The notes under the pieces were generated by a model, which had not been told where the DNA came from, searched no databases, and saw nothing but the letters and a program-made list of their open reading frames with translations. This document shows positions 47,350 to 58,922 of a stretch of 64,000 nt of DNA, one piece after another. Source of the stretch: a virus. The stretch lies in IMG/VR virus record IMGVR_UViG_3300042475_004151, one strand, 5' to 3'. Position numbers and translations under genes: made by a program. The stretch's first letter is position 1, and each line of letters starts with the position of its first letter.

Positions 47350-50339
47350 GTTACAGCAGGTGATGTACTTGGAGTATTACTAATTGATTTACTTATTGAA
47401 ATACTTGGTGTGACACTAGCTGCCGCTACTGATCTACTTGGTGTAATACTAGGTGTGTTACTAATAGATTTACTTATACTAATACTTGGTGTATTGCTTA
47501 TAGATTTACTAATTGATATACTTGGTGTAACACTAGGTGTTCTACTTAGTGTAATACTAGGTGTTCTACTAATAGATTTACTTATTGATATACTTGGTGT
47601 TTTACTTATACTAGTACTTATTGATATACTTGGTGTAGCACTAATTGATGTTGATTTAGTGATACTAGGTGTTGGTGAAGGTGGAGTACAAGAAGTTTCA
47701 TTAAATATCTTACCAGCATCAGTTGGATTGTCTCCAATATTCCAATAGCTTACACCATCAGATAAATATACAGCATACGGATTACTATTTTCACTAATTG
47801 GTATACTTAATCCTGGATCAGTGTATATGGTAGTTCCGTTTGATAGATTAGTCACATTAGGTAAAGTGTAATAAGTAGTTGTGCTTATTGTTGGATACCA
47901 CCCACAAACTTCAAACCCATCATGGAAAACTGTATCGTTGCCATTAGCTAATAACCATGATCTATAAGATATTGTTGGTGAAGGAGTTACAGATGGTGTT
48001 CGAGTTGGTGTTATAGAAGGTGTATTGCTAAATGATGGACTAATACTAATACTTGGTGTATTTGATATTGAGTTGCTTATAGTGATACTAGGTGTTATAG
48101 ATGGAGTATTACTAATAGATTTACTTATTGATATACTTGGTGTTACACTAACTGATATTGATTTAGTGATACTAGGTGTAACGCTTGGTGTTGCACTAAT
48201 ACTAATAGATGGAGTAACAGATGGAGTATTTGATATTGATTTACTAATTGAAATACTTGGTGTTACACTTGGTGTTGCACTAATACTAATACTTGGTGTA
48301 TTTGATATTGAGTTGCTTATAGTGATACTAGGTGTTACAGATGGAGTATTACTTATAGAGTTACTAACAGTTATACTAGGTGTGTTACTAATAGAAGCAC
48401 TTATAGTAATACTAGGTGTAACGCTTGGTGTTGCACTAATACTAATAGATGGAGTAATACTTGGAGTATTGGATATTGATTTACTAATTGAAATACTTGG
48501 AGTTGGACTAATTGATATGCTTGGTGTAGCGCTAATTGAAATACTTGGAGTAACACTTGGAGTATTACTTATAGAAGCACTTATAGAAATACTTGGTGTA
48601 TTACTTATAGAGTTACTCACTGTTATACTAGGTGTTACAGAAGGTGTATTACTAATAGATGGACTAATTGATATGCTTGGTGTATTACTAATTGAGTTAC
48701 TTATAGTGATACTAGGTGTTACACTTGGTGTAGCACTTATAGAAATACTTGGAGTGTTAGATATTGATTGACTAATAGAAATACTAGGTGTTGTACTAAT
48801 AGAAATACTTGGTGTTACAGAAGGTGTGTTACTTATTGAGCTGCTTATAGTAATACTTGGAGTATTACTTATAGAATTACTAACAGTAATACTCGGTGTA
48901 TTGCTTATAGAATTACTAACAGTTATACTTGGAGTGTTAGATATTGATTGACTAATAGAAATACTAGGTGTTGTACTAATAGAAATACTTGGTGTTTTAG
49001 ATACACTTATTGAAGGTGTTTCACTTGGTGTTCCAGATATACTAATTGAAGGTGTTACACTTGGTGTTTTAGATACACTTATTGAAGGTGTTTCACTTGG
49101 TGTTCTACTTGGAGTGGCACTAATACTAATACTAGGTGTTATACTAGGACTAGCTGTTATAGATGAATTTATTGATGGTGTTATACTAATTGTTGGTGTA
49201 ATACTAGGTGTTATACTAATACTTGGAGTAGCACTAATACTAATTGAAGGTGTTTCACTTGGTGTAACACTAACACTTATTGAAGGTGTTTCACTTGGTG
49301 TAGCACTAACACTTATTGAAGGTGTTTCACTTGGTGTAACACTTGGTGTAGCACTAATACTAATTGAAGGTGTTTCACTTAGTGTTACACTTGGTGTAGC
49401 ACTGATACTAACTGAAGGTGTTATACTAGGAGATTTAGAAATTGATTTACTTAAAGTAACACTAGGTGTTCTACTAATTGAAGCAGATTTACTAATACTT
49501 GGTGTTTTTGATGGTGTTCTAGATATAGTAATAGATGGTGAAACACTAATACTAGGTGATAATGAAGATCCAATTGATGGACTTACACTTATTGAAGGTG
49601 TGGGACTTGAAGTTGGAGTTATTGTTATACTAGGAGTAGGTAATGATGAAACTGATAGATCAAGTTCTTCATATATTGGTACTTCTACCAACACTACTGG
49701 ATTGGTTATAATTTCTAGTTCTAAACGTTCATTAATTAAAGTATATTGAAGGGGATCAGTTAAATATTTGTTTAGATTTATAATAGTTTTATTTGCATCT
49801 GCTATAGCGCGTAAGTTAGAATCTATAAGACCAGGTTGAATTCTAACATTATTTTTATATACATCATTTAATGGACCTGTTAATTTCCATCCTATAACAA
49901 TAGCATTATATGAATTTAAAAAACTAACATCATTTCTATATTTGTTAAAATTAATAGCATTTAACTCATATATGTTATTTTCAGGTATTGTTGATGCCTT
50001 TAATTGAACTATATAACGAGGAAAAAATCCTAAACTATAATCAGTATCTGTTGGTTGAATGAAATCTGATTTTAATAAAACTGTAGCTAGATTTTGATTA
50101 TAATGTTTATTATAAGCATTATTTGAGCCTAGAGTTTTAACTAAACTATTTGGATCTGTATTAATTGGTTTACGTGTATCATATATTCTAATAGATGCTA
50201 TTGTATGTGTTTGACCAGTCCAATATCTATCTTTATCATCTTTATGATAAAATCCTTTATAGTAATCTCCCTTAGAGTCTACAAATTTAAACCCTTGGTC
50301 ATATCCAGTCTCAACTATATTTGAAGGAGATATATTCAT
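47013..50339 (-). CDS. Large Ser/Thr/Pro/Ile-repeat protein, probably virion-associated
   Basis: About 230-aa globular N-terminus, more than 500 aa of (TPS)(IS)n repeats, two Cys-containing beta-rich domains; last gene of the baseplate run. Confidence 0.85.
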   Translation of the reverse strand: MNISPSNIVETGYDQGFKFVDSKGDYYKGFYHKDDKDRYWTGQTHTIASIRIYDTRKPINTDPNSLVKTLGSNNAYNKHYNQNLATVLLKSDFIQPTDTDYSLGFFPRYIVQLKASTIPENNIYELNAINFNKYRNDVSFLNSYNAIVIGWKLTGPLNDVYKNNVRIQPGLIDSNLRAIADANKTIINLNKYLTDPLQYTLINERLELEIITNPVVLVEVPIYEELDLSVSSLPTPSITITPTSSPTPSISVSPSIGSSLSPSISVSPSITISRTPSKTPSISKSASISRTPSVTLSKSISKSPSITPSVSISATPSVTLSETPSISISATPSVTPSETPSISVSATPSETPSISVSVTPSETPSISISATPSISITPSITPTISITPSINSSITASPSITPSISISATPSRTPSETPSISVSKTPSVTPSISISGTPSETPSISVSKTPSISISTTPSISISQSISNTPSITVSNSISNTPSITVSNSISNTPSITISSSISNTPSVTPSISISTTPSISISQSISNTPSISISATPSVTPSITISNSISNTPSISISPSISNTPSVTPSITVSNSISNTPSISISASISNTPSVTPSISISATPSISISPTPSISISKSISNTPSITPSISISATPSVTPSITISASISNTPSITVSNSISNTPSVTPSITISNSISNTPSISISATPSVTPSISISKSISNTPSVTPSISISATPSVTPSITKSISVSVTPSISISKSISNTPSITPSITISNSISNTPSISISPSFSNTPSITPTRTPSVTPSPTISYRSWLLANGNDTVFHDGFEVCGWYPTISTTTYYTLPNVTNLSNGTTIYTDPGLSIPISENSNPYAVYLSDGVSYWNIGDNPTDAGKIFNETSCTPPSPTPSITKSTSISATPSISISTSISKTPSISISKSISRTPSITLSRTPSVTPSISISKSISNTPSISISKSISNTPSITPSRSVAAASVTPSISISKSISNTPSTSPAVTTFTVNIYAKTDVTFLGGAALYTSTDNVNWTRRGSAMGTGCVVKYGPVSIANGTTIYYQVADNAVNPGSGGDTYFHGASTNTTCPAASTSCVGSFVVTANTNRALTAQEIVC

Positions 50340-50353
50340 TTATTCTAAATATT

Positions 50354-53300
50354 TTATTTAACTGGTTTTAAACAACCTGATGACTCTGATCCTTGTTTAC
50401 ATTTACTTTCATAAATGATTTTATTTTTTGATATATTTTTAATATCAATTTCTTGTGAAAATTTTTCAACCGCTGTTATATCTATAAATGCACTAAAGGT
50501 TTCATTTGATTGTATTACATTTTGATTTACAGCATTTAACATTGTAAGATATAAATTCTGTAAATTAATAGATTTAACTATTGTACCATAATAAGTTACT
50601 GTATCAGGATTATCATCAATTGTAGTTAGATCATTTTTAATTTTCTCTCCAGCTTCATCTCCAAATATCCTAAATAAAAATATATCTGTAGATTTAAAAT
50701 CTGATTCTTTTACAAAACGAGATTGATCTATGCTTTTTTTATATTTATCTGATCCAAGATCTTTTATAAAAAATCCTCTATAAAAATTTGTACCAGTTAA
50801 TATTTCTGTTTGTAATTTCTGACCAGTATATACTGTCACTTCTTTTAATTCTGCTAATGTAGCGGGAAAATCAGGAGGTGGATTTTGACTTGCTTTGTTA
50901 AACCATAATGTAAGATATTCATCAAAAGTTAATGCTTTAGTAGTACTTGTTAGAGCGTTGAATATATACACAGCATCATCTGCTTTTACTCTATCAAAAC
51001 TTATAGTACTTGAAGTTAATTTTTTATTTCCTTCTAAAAATGGTTCTTTTAAAGTTGGATTATTATCACCTATTGTTCTAAGAGTTTGATAAACTAAATA
51101 ATCAGCCATAGCAAAAACCAAATATGAGTTTCCTTTTATTTGTGTTTTAATCTGTTGTATTACTTGTTTTAATTTATTTTTATCAATAGAAAGTTCAATC
51201 GCTTCATTATCTAATAAACACATTTGTGTTTTTAAAGTTGTTATCCAATCATTACTTTGTAAAGAATGAGATATACCTGTGATTATAAAACCAACATTAG
51301 AGTTATAATAACTTCTAGGTAACATGTCTTTATCAATTCTAAAAATTTGACCAATAATAAATCCTCCTATCCCGTCTAATGTGAGTTCAAGTTCAAAAGG
51401 TATAATTGATTTGAAATTAACATCTTTACCATTTATTTGATAATGGAAAGTTTTTAATAAATTAGAAGCATTACTAGTTTCTATTTGTTGTGGTATTCTT
51501 GTTTCTCTAATTCCTTTAGGATTAGCAGTAGATACATTATATTTTGTAGTGTAATCTCCTAATATTTTTTTATTTATATAACCTGTTAATATTGATACAT
51601 TATTATATATGTTATAATAATATAATGTATTAGCTTCTATTTCCTTTCCATCTTTATCTAAAATACTGCTATTTCCAGCTGTTTCAGATGTTGATATATC
51701 TAAATTATTTTTAATTCTATCACTTAATCCTTCATTAAAATAAGTTTGTGTTGAAGCATAAATATCACCTAAATTTTTAACATTTCCTGATGAACCAGCG
51801 GCTATACCAATCATAGTTGATTGTTCAGAAAATATACGAGAATTAATCTTAACATCTCGACATATGCTTTTTAAACCAAATGTATCAAACATGAATTTAC
51901 TACTAGCGCCCTCACCTGTCTCTAAGTACTTAGCATCAATTATCTGGATAATATTTCTATTAGTGTATAATTTGAAGTCATTTATTCCACCTAAGGCAAA
52001 TGATATGTCTTCTAGTAATTCTGTTAATAATTTAGTTATATCTACTCCATTTTCTCCGCCTGAATATTTTCTATATACTTCTAATATTTTGCCTATAGAA
52101 ATATATATATTTCCTATTTTTCCTACACTAACAACTTTATAACCATCTTTTTGTTTAATAGTATCTTGTTTATAAAAGGAAGGTAAGACATATGATGAAC
52201 CTGCTTTGTAAGAATTTAAAGCAGGATCAAATGTAAATCCATTAAACATTAAAGGGTTAAATCCACGATCTTGTTGATCTGTTGTTGATTCACTATCTGT
52301 TATAAATGTAGCTAAATCATTGCTTATCAAACATATTGTAGGATCAATACTAACACTATCCTCACTCATTAAACAAGTTGTTTCTTCTGGTATTACTAGG
52401 TAAAGTAAAGGATCACCTGTTTCTTTATTTCTAGGTATAAAAAATCTATTAAGTATAACTATGAATGTTTTCATATTCATGTATTCTATACCTGTACCGT
52501 CTGTTGATGCCTCAGATAACCTAACTAAACCTAAACCAGCTATACTTAAATTAAAATTTCTATCAACAAATTGATCACCCATGTCAAATTTGTATTTGAT
52601 TTTTTGATCTTCCAAATTAGACTTAATAGAATTATATGTTTCAGAAGCATAAGTATCAAATTTATCTAACTGAGCTTGAGCGTCTTCTGAAAGAGTAGGA
52701 GGAGGTGTATTTGGATCTTCTGGATTTGGTTTTGGTACTATTTGTTGTCTGATTTCTCCATCAGGATTTGTTATTTCACTTTTATTAATAGCGGCCTTAA
52801 TTGTTAAGAATATTCGTTCAAATAATGTGAAAATAGGAGAACTTGATCCAACTGTTGTTCCATCAATATTAACAGGCGCAGGAGGTGGTGTGCTACCTAA
52901 TATAATATTAGGGTTAGAACTAGCTTTTATTGTTTCTAAAACTTCACCTCTAGATATTAATATAGTTGTACAACGATATCCACCATTAGGCATTAATTGC
53001 CATGAGAAATTTTTTACAAGTCCTAAAATAGCATCATAATTACCTTTAGATTTTGATACAAGTTCATCAATTTGACTATAAACATAATCTTCAGTTTCTG
53101 CTTTAAAAGCATCTATAGTATTAAGATCAAAATTTTTTATTGATATATTATCAGGATATTTATTTATATCATTAGCGACACCATGATCTAGATATTGTGA
53201 CCATCCCCATTCTAGCATGACTGAATAGCCTGGTCTCATATATAGAAGTTCTATTTCTTCTAATTGATGTTTATCCCAACAGTAATATTCAACAGTAGCT

Positions 53301-53842
53301 TCTCTTAATGAACCATAAGCACTTTTATTAGTAACATTTAATGATGTAATACCAGGCATTGGTCTTAAACCTAATGGTCTATCTAATGTGGTTCCTGTGT
53401 TAGATATTCTATCTATATTACTACCATACACTCCATCTGTTTTATTTACTCCTCTTCTGAGAGAAAATGTATCATCTCCTTCTTTACCACTGTTATATAA
53501 AGTACCACCTTCTAAAATATATTTTTTAGCTAATTGATTACCTGTATATAAACATTCTACTTTTGGTTTATTTGTTGTTGGATTAATAATATCTTCACCA
53601 CTGCTGTTTTTTATTTTTTTACAACCATAGTCAGCATCAACAAATGATACCATTCTAACCCATGAATTTTTTCCAGCTGCAAAACGAAGAAAGTTGCTAT
53701 CTCTAGGTAATGTACCTATATTAAAAATAGGATTACCTTTTTTATCTTTAACACCAGAATCTGAAGTTTGTGAAATAATTTTTTCACGAGCTTTAAGCTG
53801 AGCTGCTATTTCAGGTTTAAGAGTACTTTTAAATATTGACAT
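50354..53842 (-). CDS. Baseplate hub-like structural protein
   Basis: G.RPMPGITS, LYMRPGYSVMLEWGWS, GNYDAILG.V.NF.W, IPFELELTLDGIGG; tail-module context. Confidence 0.65.
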   Translation of the reverse strand: MSIFKSTLKPEIAAQLKAREKIISQTSDSGVKDKKGNPIFNIGTLPRDSNFLRFAAGKNSWVRMVSFVDADYGCKKIKNSSGEDIINPTTNKPKVECLYTGNQLAKKYILEGGTLYNSGKEGDDTFSLRRGVNKTDGVYGSNIDRISNTGTTLDRPLGLRPMPGITSLNVTNKSAYGSLREATVEYYCWDKHQLEEIELLYMRPGYSVMLEWGWSQYLDHGVANDINKYPDNISIKNFDLNTIDAFKAETEDYVYSQIDELVSKSKGNYDAILGLVKNFSWQLMPNGGYRCTTILISRGEVLETIKASSNPNIILGSTPPPAPVNIDGTTVGSSSPIFTLFERIFLTIKAAINKSEITNPDGEIRQQIVPKPNPEDPNTPPPTLSEDAQAQLDKFDTYASETYNSIKSNLEDQKIKYKFDMGDQFVDRNFNLSIAGLGLVRLSEASTDGTGIEYMNMKTFIVILNRFFIPRNKETGDPLLYLVIPEETTCLMSEDSVSIDPTICLISNDLATFITDSESTTDQQDRGFNPLMFNGFTFDPALNSYKAGSSYVLPSFYKQDTIKQKDGYKVVSVGKIGNIYISIGKILEVYRKYSGGENGVDITKLLTELLEDISFALGGINDFKLYTNRNIIQIIDAKYLETGEGASSKFMFDTFGLKSICRDVKINSRIFSEQSTMIGIAAGSSGNVKNLGDIYASTQTYFNEGLSDRIKNNLDISTSETAGNSSILDKDGKEIEANTLYYYNIYNNVSILTGYINKKILGDYTTKYNVSTANPKGIRETRIPQQIETSNASNLLKTFHYQINGKDVNFKSIIPFELELTLDGIGGFIIGQIFRIDKDMLPRSYYNSNVGFIITGISHSLQSNDWITTLKTQMCLLDNEAIELSIDKNKLKQVIQQIKTQIKGNSYLVFAMADYLVYQTLRTIGDNNPTLKEPFLEGNKKLTSSTISFDRVKADDAVYIFNALTSTTKALTFDEYLTLWFNKASQNPPPDFPATLAELKEVTVYTGQKLQTEILTGTNFYRGFFIKDLGSDKYKKSIDQSRFVKESDFKSTDIFLFRIFGDEAGEKIKNDLTTIDDNPDTVTYYGTIVKSINLQNLYLTMLNAVNQNVIQSNETFSAFIDITAVEKFSQEIDIKNISKNKIIYESKCKQGSESSGCLKPVK

Positions 53843-53850
53843 AACACTTT

Positions 53851-54168
53851 TTAATTATTTAGTTGCTCAAAATCATTTAATATTTGGTTAATATCAGTAG
53901 GTATTCTTAACTGATAACCAAGAGTTGGATATAATGAATCATTTGGCAAATCTGGATTAGCTGTTGATAGTATCCACCATAATGTTGAGTCACCATAAAA
54001 TTGGTAAGCTAAATTATCTAATCTATCCCCACGCATTGTGTAAAGATAAACATCGGTTTCAGATAATGGTACATCTGGATATTTAGTTGATGAACGATAT
54101 CTGATTACCTTTGGATCTTGCACCGTAGGAGTAGTTAGAAGTATATTATTATTATCATAGCGATCCAT
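53851..54168 (-). CDS. LysM-like baseplate wedge protein (gp53 / P2 gpX-like)
   Basis: GDRLDNLAYQFYGDSTLWWILSTAN...G.QLRIP. Confidence 0.85.
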   Translation of the reverse strand: MDRYDNNNILLTTPTVQDPKVIRYRSSTKYPDVPLSETDVYLYTMRGDRLDNLAYQFYGDSTLWWILSTANPDLPNDSLYPTLGYQLRIPTDINQILNDFEQLNN

Positions 54169-54201
54169 GATAATAAATATGAATTTAATTGGGAAATTTG
54201 A

Positions 54202-55953
54202 CTAGTCCAAATATTTGTTAGTAGGCAAATTATACGCTGCTTTATCACGAGTGATAAACGGTACTTTAGATAATGTGTCTTTGTATGCTCTACGAGGTAA
54301 GAATGTATGTATTGGTTTAAATGATAAAGCTACCTTAATATGTTTAGGTGTCTCATATTGACCAACATCAGAACCATTTTCAGGATCATTTAAAGCTATT
54401 TCCCAATGTGTATCTAGAAATCCACTTAATTTAATATCAGTGAATACACCTGGTTGTCTATATAAATAATCACCAACTGTTAAGTAACCTATATTACCTC
54501 TCATTTTTAGTTTTTCGCTATAGTCAGGAGCAAATGTAGACATTAAATAATTTAACTTTTGATATAATGGTCTCATTTCCTCAGGAGAATGAGCATACAT
54601 TGTAAATGATACACTTATATCTCTTGTAAAACCATCATATACATAAAATTCCTCACCTCTACCCATGTAACGATATGGATTCCATCTAGCACTCATTCCA
54701 TCATTAAAATCATCAATATATGCTCTAAACGCTAATACATCTGTACTAGTAGATGAAACATTATTATTTAAAAATTCAAGTCTAAATTTAATTATATCAC
54801 GACCAAATTTACTTTCACCATTTACTTCACTATTTGATCCACTTGAATAAGTGAATAAACCAGGAGTTTTTGAATTAGCATCTGAGTTTGTTGCTAGTGA
54901 ATTGCCGTAAAAAGTTCCGTTATTTAGTATACTTATAGCATTTATAGAATCTACATTTCTATTGATTGGATTTTTACTTCCACGTGATATACCTATTCTA
55001 CTTTCAATATTAAAATTAGACTCATTATTATTAATAGATAGGGGAGAGTTTTTTAACTGATCTTTTAAAGAACTATTTAATTCAGCTTGAGGAGCTATAC
55101 TAATTTGACCATTAGTTAATGGTGTAAATCCATTTAGATTTTTTTCAGCTCCTGGAGTTAGAATACTTTTACCTATAGTAGTTCTAACATTAGTTGTATT
55201 AATACGGGTTTGACCAATCCCATAGACAGAAGAAGCTCCACCATCATATGTTAATAAATTAGTAACTCCATTATCATTATTGTTAATGATAGATAGATAA
55301 TTCATTAATCTATTAGGATTTTTACCATAATAATCACTATCATAAAATCCTTTAGAAAAACCAATAACATCTCCTTGAAGTATATTATTGTCGTTAGTTA
55401 TTTTTTCATAATTATAACCTTGAATAGTACTACTATCTCCTCCTAAAAATCCAACTCCTCCAACAGGTGTTAAACCATGTCTTATAATATGGCCTCCTAT
55501 AGCGTTAAGTGGTATTTGAGCTAATGTATTAATTCCTAAGTTATAAGTGCGTGTTGGACCAATTTTATTAGCGTAATTATTAGCTACAGTTGAAACTGTA
55601 TTAATAGCATTAGCTGCTTTGTTCACTAAACTTGAAGATGATCTTACATTTAGTTTTCTTAAATTGGTATTAGATATAGGTCCGTTATTAGCAGGCAGTT
55701 CAAGTTCTGGATTTGATTTTTGTAATCCAACTTGTTTAATTATAAATAAAGCGCCTCGTCCAGATGCATAAAATTTACTTATACGTGCTGTGTCTCTAAC
55801 AGATGCTAAAGTTGTATTTAATATACCACCACGTATTAGGCCATCACCATAATCATTGAATCTAATAGCAGGTATTTCTGGTTTGCTATTGAAATTTTGA
55901 TTGTAGTATTTAGATAAATCAGACCAACTGTTGTTTAAGTTTAGAAATGGCAT
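54202..55953 (-). CDS. Baseplate / tail-tube initiator-like protein
   Basis: C-terminal FRAYI...W....YMGRGE.FY.Y.GF.RDIS.SF...LTVGD. Confidence 0.65.
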   Translation of the reverse strand: MPFLNLNNSWSDLSKYYNQNFNSKPEIPAIRFNDYGDGLIRGGILNTTLASVRDTARISKFYASGRGALFIIKQVGLQKSNPELELPANNGPISNTNLRKLNVRSSSSLVNKAANAINTVSTVANNYANKIGPTRTYNLGINTLAQIPLNAIGGHIIRHGLTPVGGVGFLGGDSSTIQGYNYEKITNDNNILQGDVIGFSKGFYDSDYYGKNPNRLMNYLSIINNNDNGVTNLLTYDGGASSVYGIGQTRINTTNVRTTIGKSILTPGAEKNLNGFTPLTNGQISIAPQAELNSSLKDQLKNSPLSINNNESNFNIESRIGISRGSKNPINRNVDSINAISILNNGTFYGNSLATNSDANSKTPGLFTYSSGSNSEVNGESKFGRDIIKFRLEFLNNNVSSTSTDVLAFRAYIDDFNDGMSARWNPYRYMGRGEEFYVYDGFTRDISVSFTMYAHSPEEMRPLYQKLNYLMSTFAPDYSEKLKMRGNIGYLTVGDYLYRQPGVFTDIKLSGFLDTHWEIALNDPENGSDVGQYETPKHIKVALSFKPIHTFLPRRAYKDTLSKVPFITRDKAAYNLPTNKYLD

Positions 55954-55968
55954 CTATTGCTTTTGGTT

Positions 55969-56508
55969 TTAGTATCTTCCTTCTTTAGGACCTTTATTTT
56001 TATAAACAGCATTAGTACCACCTAATGATGGATAAAATGGATTACTATTTGTGTCTAATGAAGATGGTGGAACAAATACTGAAAATCTTCCAGTTCCATA
56101 TTTTCTACCTGATATTAAATCTTGAGATGATTTTAGTATGTTATTACTAGCTAATGCTTGGATATCAGAAGTACTTAATTGACTTACATTTTCAAAATTA
56201 GGTCCTTGTTGACCTCTTAATCCATATCTACTAAATTCTAATCTTTTATCAAGACTAAATGTTTTTAATACATCATAATTAGCAGGTGTTGTACCATTTA
56301 TATCTAATACTGATGTTGGAACTGTAGTTCTATTTGGAGATTGTCCATATGTTCTTCCAAGTTGTAAATCTTGAGAGGATACTAAATTATTATTTCTAGC
56401 TAAAGCTTGAATATTTGATGTGAAACGTTGTGTTTCATTTTCAAAATTAAGACCTGGTTGTCCATTTAAGCTAAGTGTACTATCTTTTAATTTATCAAAT
56501 AATGCCAT
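55969..56508 (-). CDS. Tail-module protein with an internal duplication of about 80 aa
   Basis: GQPGLNFEN..TSNIQALARNNNLVSSQDL..GRTYG versus GQQGPNFEN..TSDIQALASNNILKSSQDL..GRKYG. Confidence 0.65.
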   Translation of the reverse strand: MALFDKLKDSTLSLNGQPGLNFENETQRFTSNIQALARNNNLVSSQDLQLGRTYGQSPNRTTVPTSVLDINGTTPANYDVLKTFSLDKRLEFSRYGLRGQQGPNFENVSQLSTSDIQALASNNILKSSQDLISGRKYGTGRFSVFVPPSSLDTNSNPFYPSLGGTNAVYKNKGPKEGRY

Positions 56509-56543
56509 GATACTATGTTTTATATAAATATGTTATATTTTTG

Positions 56544-58922
56544 TTATTTAAATGAGCTATTTTGAGTTCCAAATAAATCAGATGCGGTGTTATATTCCAT
56601 AATGGTTTTACCACCAACATTTAGATTAATAGGTCGAACAGCTAATTGATTTAATAAGTCTGTTGTTTTTTTCTCACTTTCTTTAGCGGAGGCTGTTTCT
56701 TGTTTTTTACGTTCTTCAGATTCATTTAATACACTAATTAAACTACCAACTCCACCAACTACAGCTCCAATAGCAGCGCCCCATGGCCCAAACATCATAC
56801 CTACACCAGCTCCTGTCGCTGCCCCTCCTAAAACACTAACAGTATCTTTAGCACCTCCTTCCTCCATTCCTCCAGCCGCGCTAGATAAAGCCATTCCTCC
56901 TACCCCAAGTCCCAATCCTACACCCATAGCTTTAGGTGAAAATGCTCCAAATCCTCCTTTACCAGCTCCAGGAGTGACAACAGATGATGGACCTCCAGCT
57001 CTTGTAAGTGTTAAACCTCTTGATGAAGTTATTGAATTTGAAGCTACAGGTCCCATTCCTCCTCCCATTCTAGTCATACTAATATCTTTAGTAATCATAG
57101 GATTAAGGATAGTACCTTTTAATAATTTAAAAGACATTAAAGCTAAAGGTAATCCTAACAATGCAGCTCCTAAAGCTGTACCTAAAGCTCCTCCAGTCAA
57201 TGCTCCAAATCCTTCTACTAGTTTTAATACTCCACTAAGTGATTTTTCTATTAAATGAAAAAACGCGAGCATTGGTCCTGATGTAATTTTACGAATAACA
57301 TCTCTTAATTTATCAAATATTTCTTTTTGTTCTTCAGCTAAACTTTTTTGTTCAAGACTTTGTTTAATAGACTCAGACATTGTTATACCATGTTCTGTAG
57401 CATATTTAAGTTGTTCTTCTGCTGATGCTGATACTTTGTCTCCTAATTTGGCTTCAAATTCTTTTTTACGAAGCATATCACCCATTTCATTCACACCCAT
57501 TCCAAATACTTCAGCATATGCTTTTCTTTGAATAACATTCATTCTTTCAAAATCATGAATATTACCTACTTGTTCTACTATTGCTTCAGTTAATTTAGCT
57601 GTATCACCAGATAAAGCAGCAGATCTAGCTTTTTCTAAGTTAATTGCTTTACCTGTTAGTAGTTCTGCTTTAAGTTCAGATTCAATTGATGATTCAAAAT
57701 TAAGTAATGATTCACCAATTTTATCTACTTGTTCTAGTGTTAAACCTAATCTATCGGCTTGCATTACAGCTTCAACTAAAGCAGCTGTATTACCTTTGAA
57801 TTTAGTTAAAATTTCACCACTTACTCCACTTACTTTTTTAAGTACATTTTGATAGCTTATAGCACCTCCAAATTGTAATTTTTGTTGTGCCGCTGTTTTA
57901 ATAGTAGTGTTAAGAATAAAACTAGCGTCTTTATCTTGTTCTTGACCTAACTCTTCTAATTTACCTGCTTGTTCAGCACTTAAACCATAAAAATGAGATA
58001 GACGAGCAAATGCATCTGCACTTTTTTCACTAAAAGCAACTGTTGTACCTAATGCTTCATTTAATGCTAAATTTGATTCAAGTAAACGTTTTCCAGTAAC
58101 AAAAGAATCATGAACTGAGCTAGCATAATTGGAGTAGTTTTTATATAAATCATTTGATGCTTCTTTATTCATTACTAACTGTCGTCCACTCTTAGTTAGC
58201 ATTTCATCATGCTCTTTAGCTAAATCAAATATTTTTTTATAAAAAGCAGCCATTAATGTAAGTTGCAATAATGGATCTTTTAAGCTTTTTGTCATTTGAC
58301 CAAATATATTTGATGCACCTGCTCCAAACGCTTTATATGAATTTTCTGTTTTTTTAGCGTTTATATATATAGCTTCAGTAACTTTTTCAGCATCAACTAA
58401 TTTATTAACAAAAGGTATATCTTTAATACCCTCAAATATTTTAGATGTTAAACCAGCTGTTTTTTCTAATTTTTTAGCTTCAGCAACTTGTTCTTGTAGT
58501 TGTTGAATTTGAGTATCAGAATTTTGTATAGAATCACTTTGTATTCTAAGTTCTTCTTGATTAAATTGTACTCCTCTATCTTTAAGTATATTAAATTTTC
58601 TAGCATTAAGAACTTTTTCTCTTTCTATTATTTCTATTTGCTTTTGAATATCTTTACTTTTAATAGATCCTGTGTTTAATTTCTCAGTATTTTCTACTAA
58701 ATCAAAAGCTTTTTTAGATAATAAATTATAACTTTTAACTAATTCTTTTGTTAAAGCAACATTAGCGGGTAAATCATCTTCAGAGATTTCTTTATGATTT
58801 TTAGCCATTTTAGCTAGACTAGCAGCCATTGACTGAAAAGAGTCTTCTAGTGTTATTGAAAGTTCTTCAATTTTTTGCAGTCTATTTAATTCCTCTTGAG
58901 TTGGTAATATTGGATCTCCCAT
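56544..58922 (-). CDS. Tail tape measure protein
   Basis: Long helical/coiled region, LLNFESSIESELKAELLTGK, Gly/Ala-rich hydrophobic C-terminal part; follows tube and chaperone genes. Confidence 0.8.
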   Translation of the reverse strand: MGDPILPTQEELNRLQKIEELSITLEDSFQSMAASLAKMAKNHKEISEDDLPANVALTKELVKSYNLLSKKAFDLVENTEKLNTGSIKSKDIQKQIEIIEREKVLNARKFNILKDRGVQFNQEELRIQSDSIQNSDTQIQQLQEQVAEAKKLEKTAGLTSKIFEGIKDIPFVNKLVDAEKVTEAIYINAKKTENSYKAFGAGASNIFGQMTKSLKDPLLQLTLMAAFYKKIFDLAKEHDEMLTKSGRQLVMNKEASNDLYKNYSNYASSVHDSFVTGKRLLESNLALNEALGTTVAFSEKSADAFARLSHFYGLSAEQAGKLEELGQEQDKDASFILNTTIKTAAQQKLQFGGAISYQNVLKKVSGVSGEILTKFKGNTAALVEAVMQADRLGLTLEQVDKIGESLLNFESSIESELKAELLTGKAINLEKARSAALSGDTAKLTEAIVEQVGNIHDFERMNVIQRKAYAEVFGMGVNEMGDMLRKKEFEAKLGDKVSASAEEQLKYATEHGITMSESIKQSLEQKSLAEEQKEIFDKLRDVIRKITSGPMLAFFHLIEKSLSGVLKLVEGFGALTGGALGTALGAALLGLPLALMSFKLLKGTILNPMITKDISMTRMGGGMGPVASNSITSSRGLTLTRAGGPSSVVTPGAGKGGFGAFSPKAMGVGLGLGVGGMALSSAAGGMEEGGAKDTVSVLGGAATGAGVGMMFGPWGAAIGAVVGGVGSLISVLNESEERKKQETASAKESEKKTTDLLNQLAVRPINLNVGGKTIMEYNTASDLFGTQNSSFK

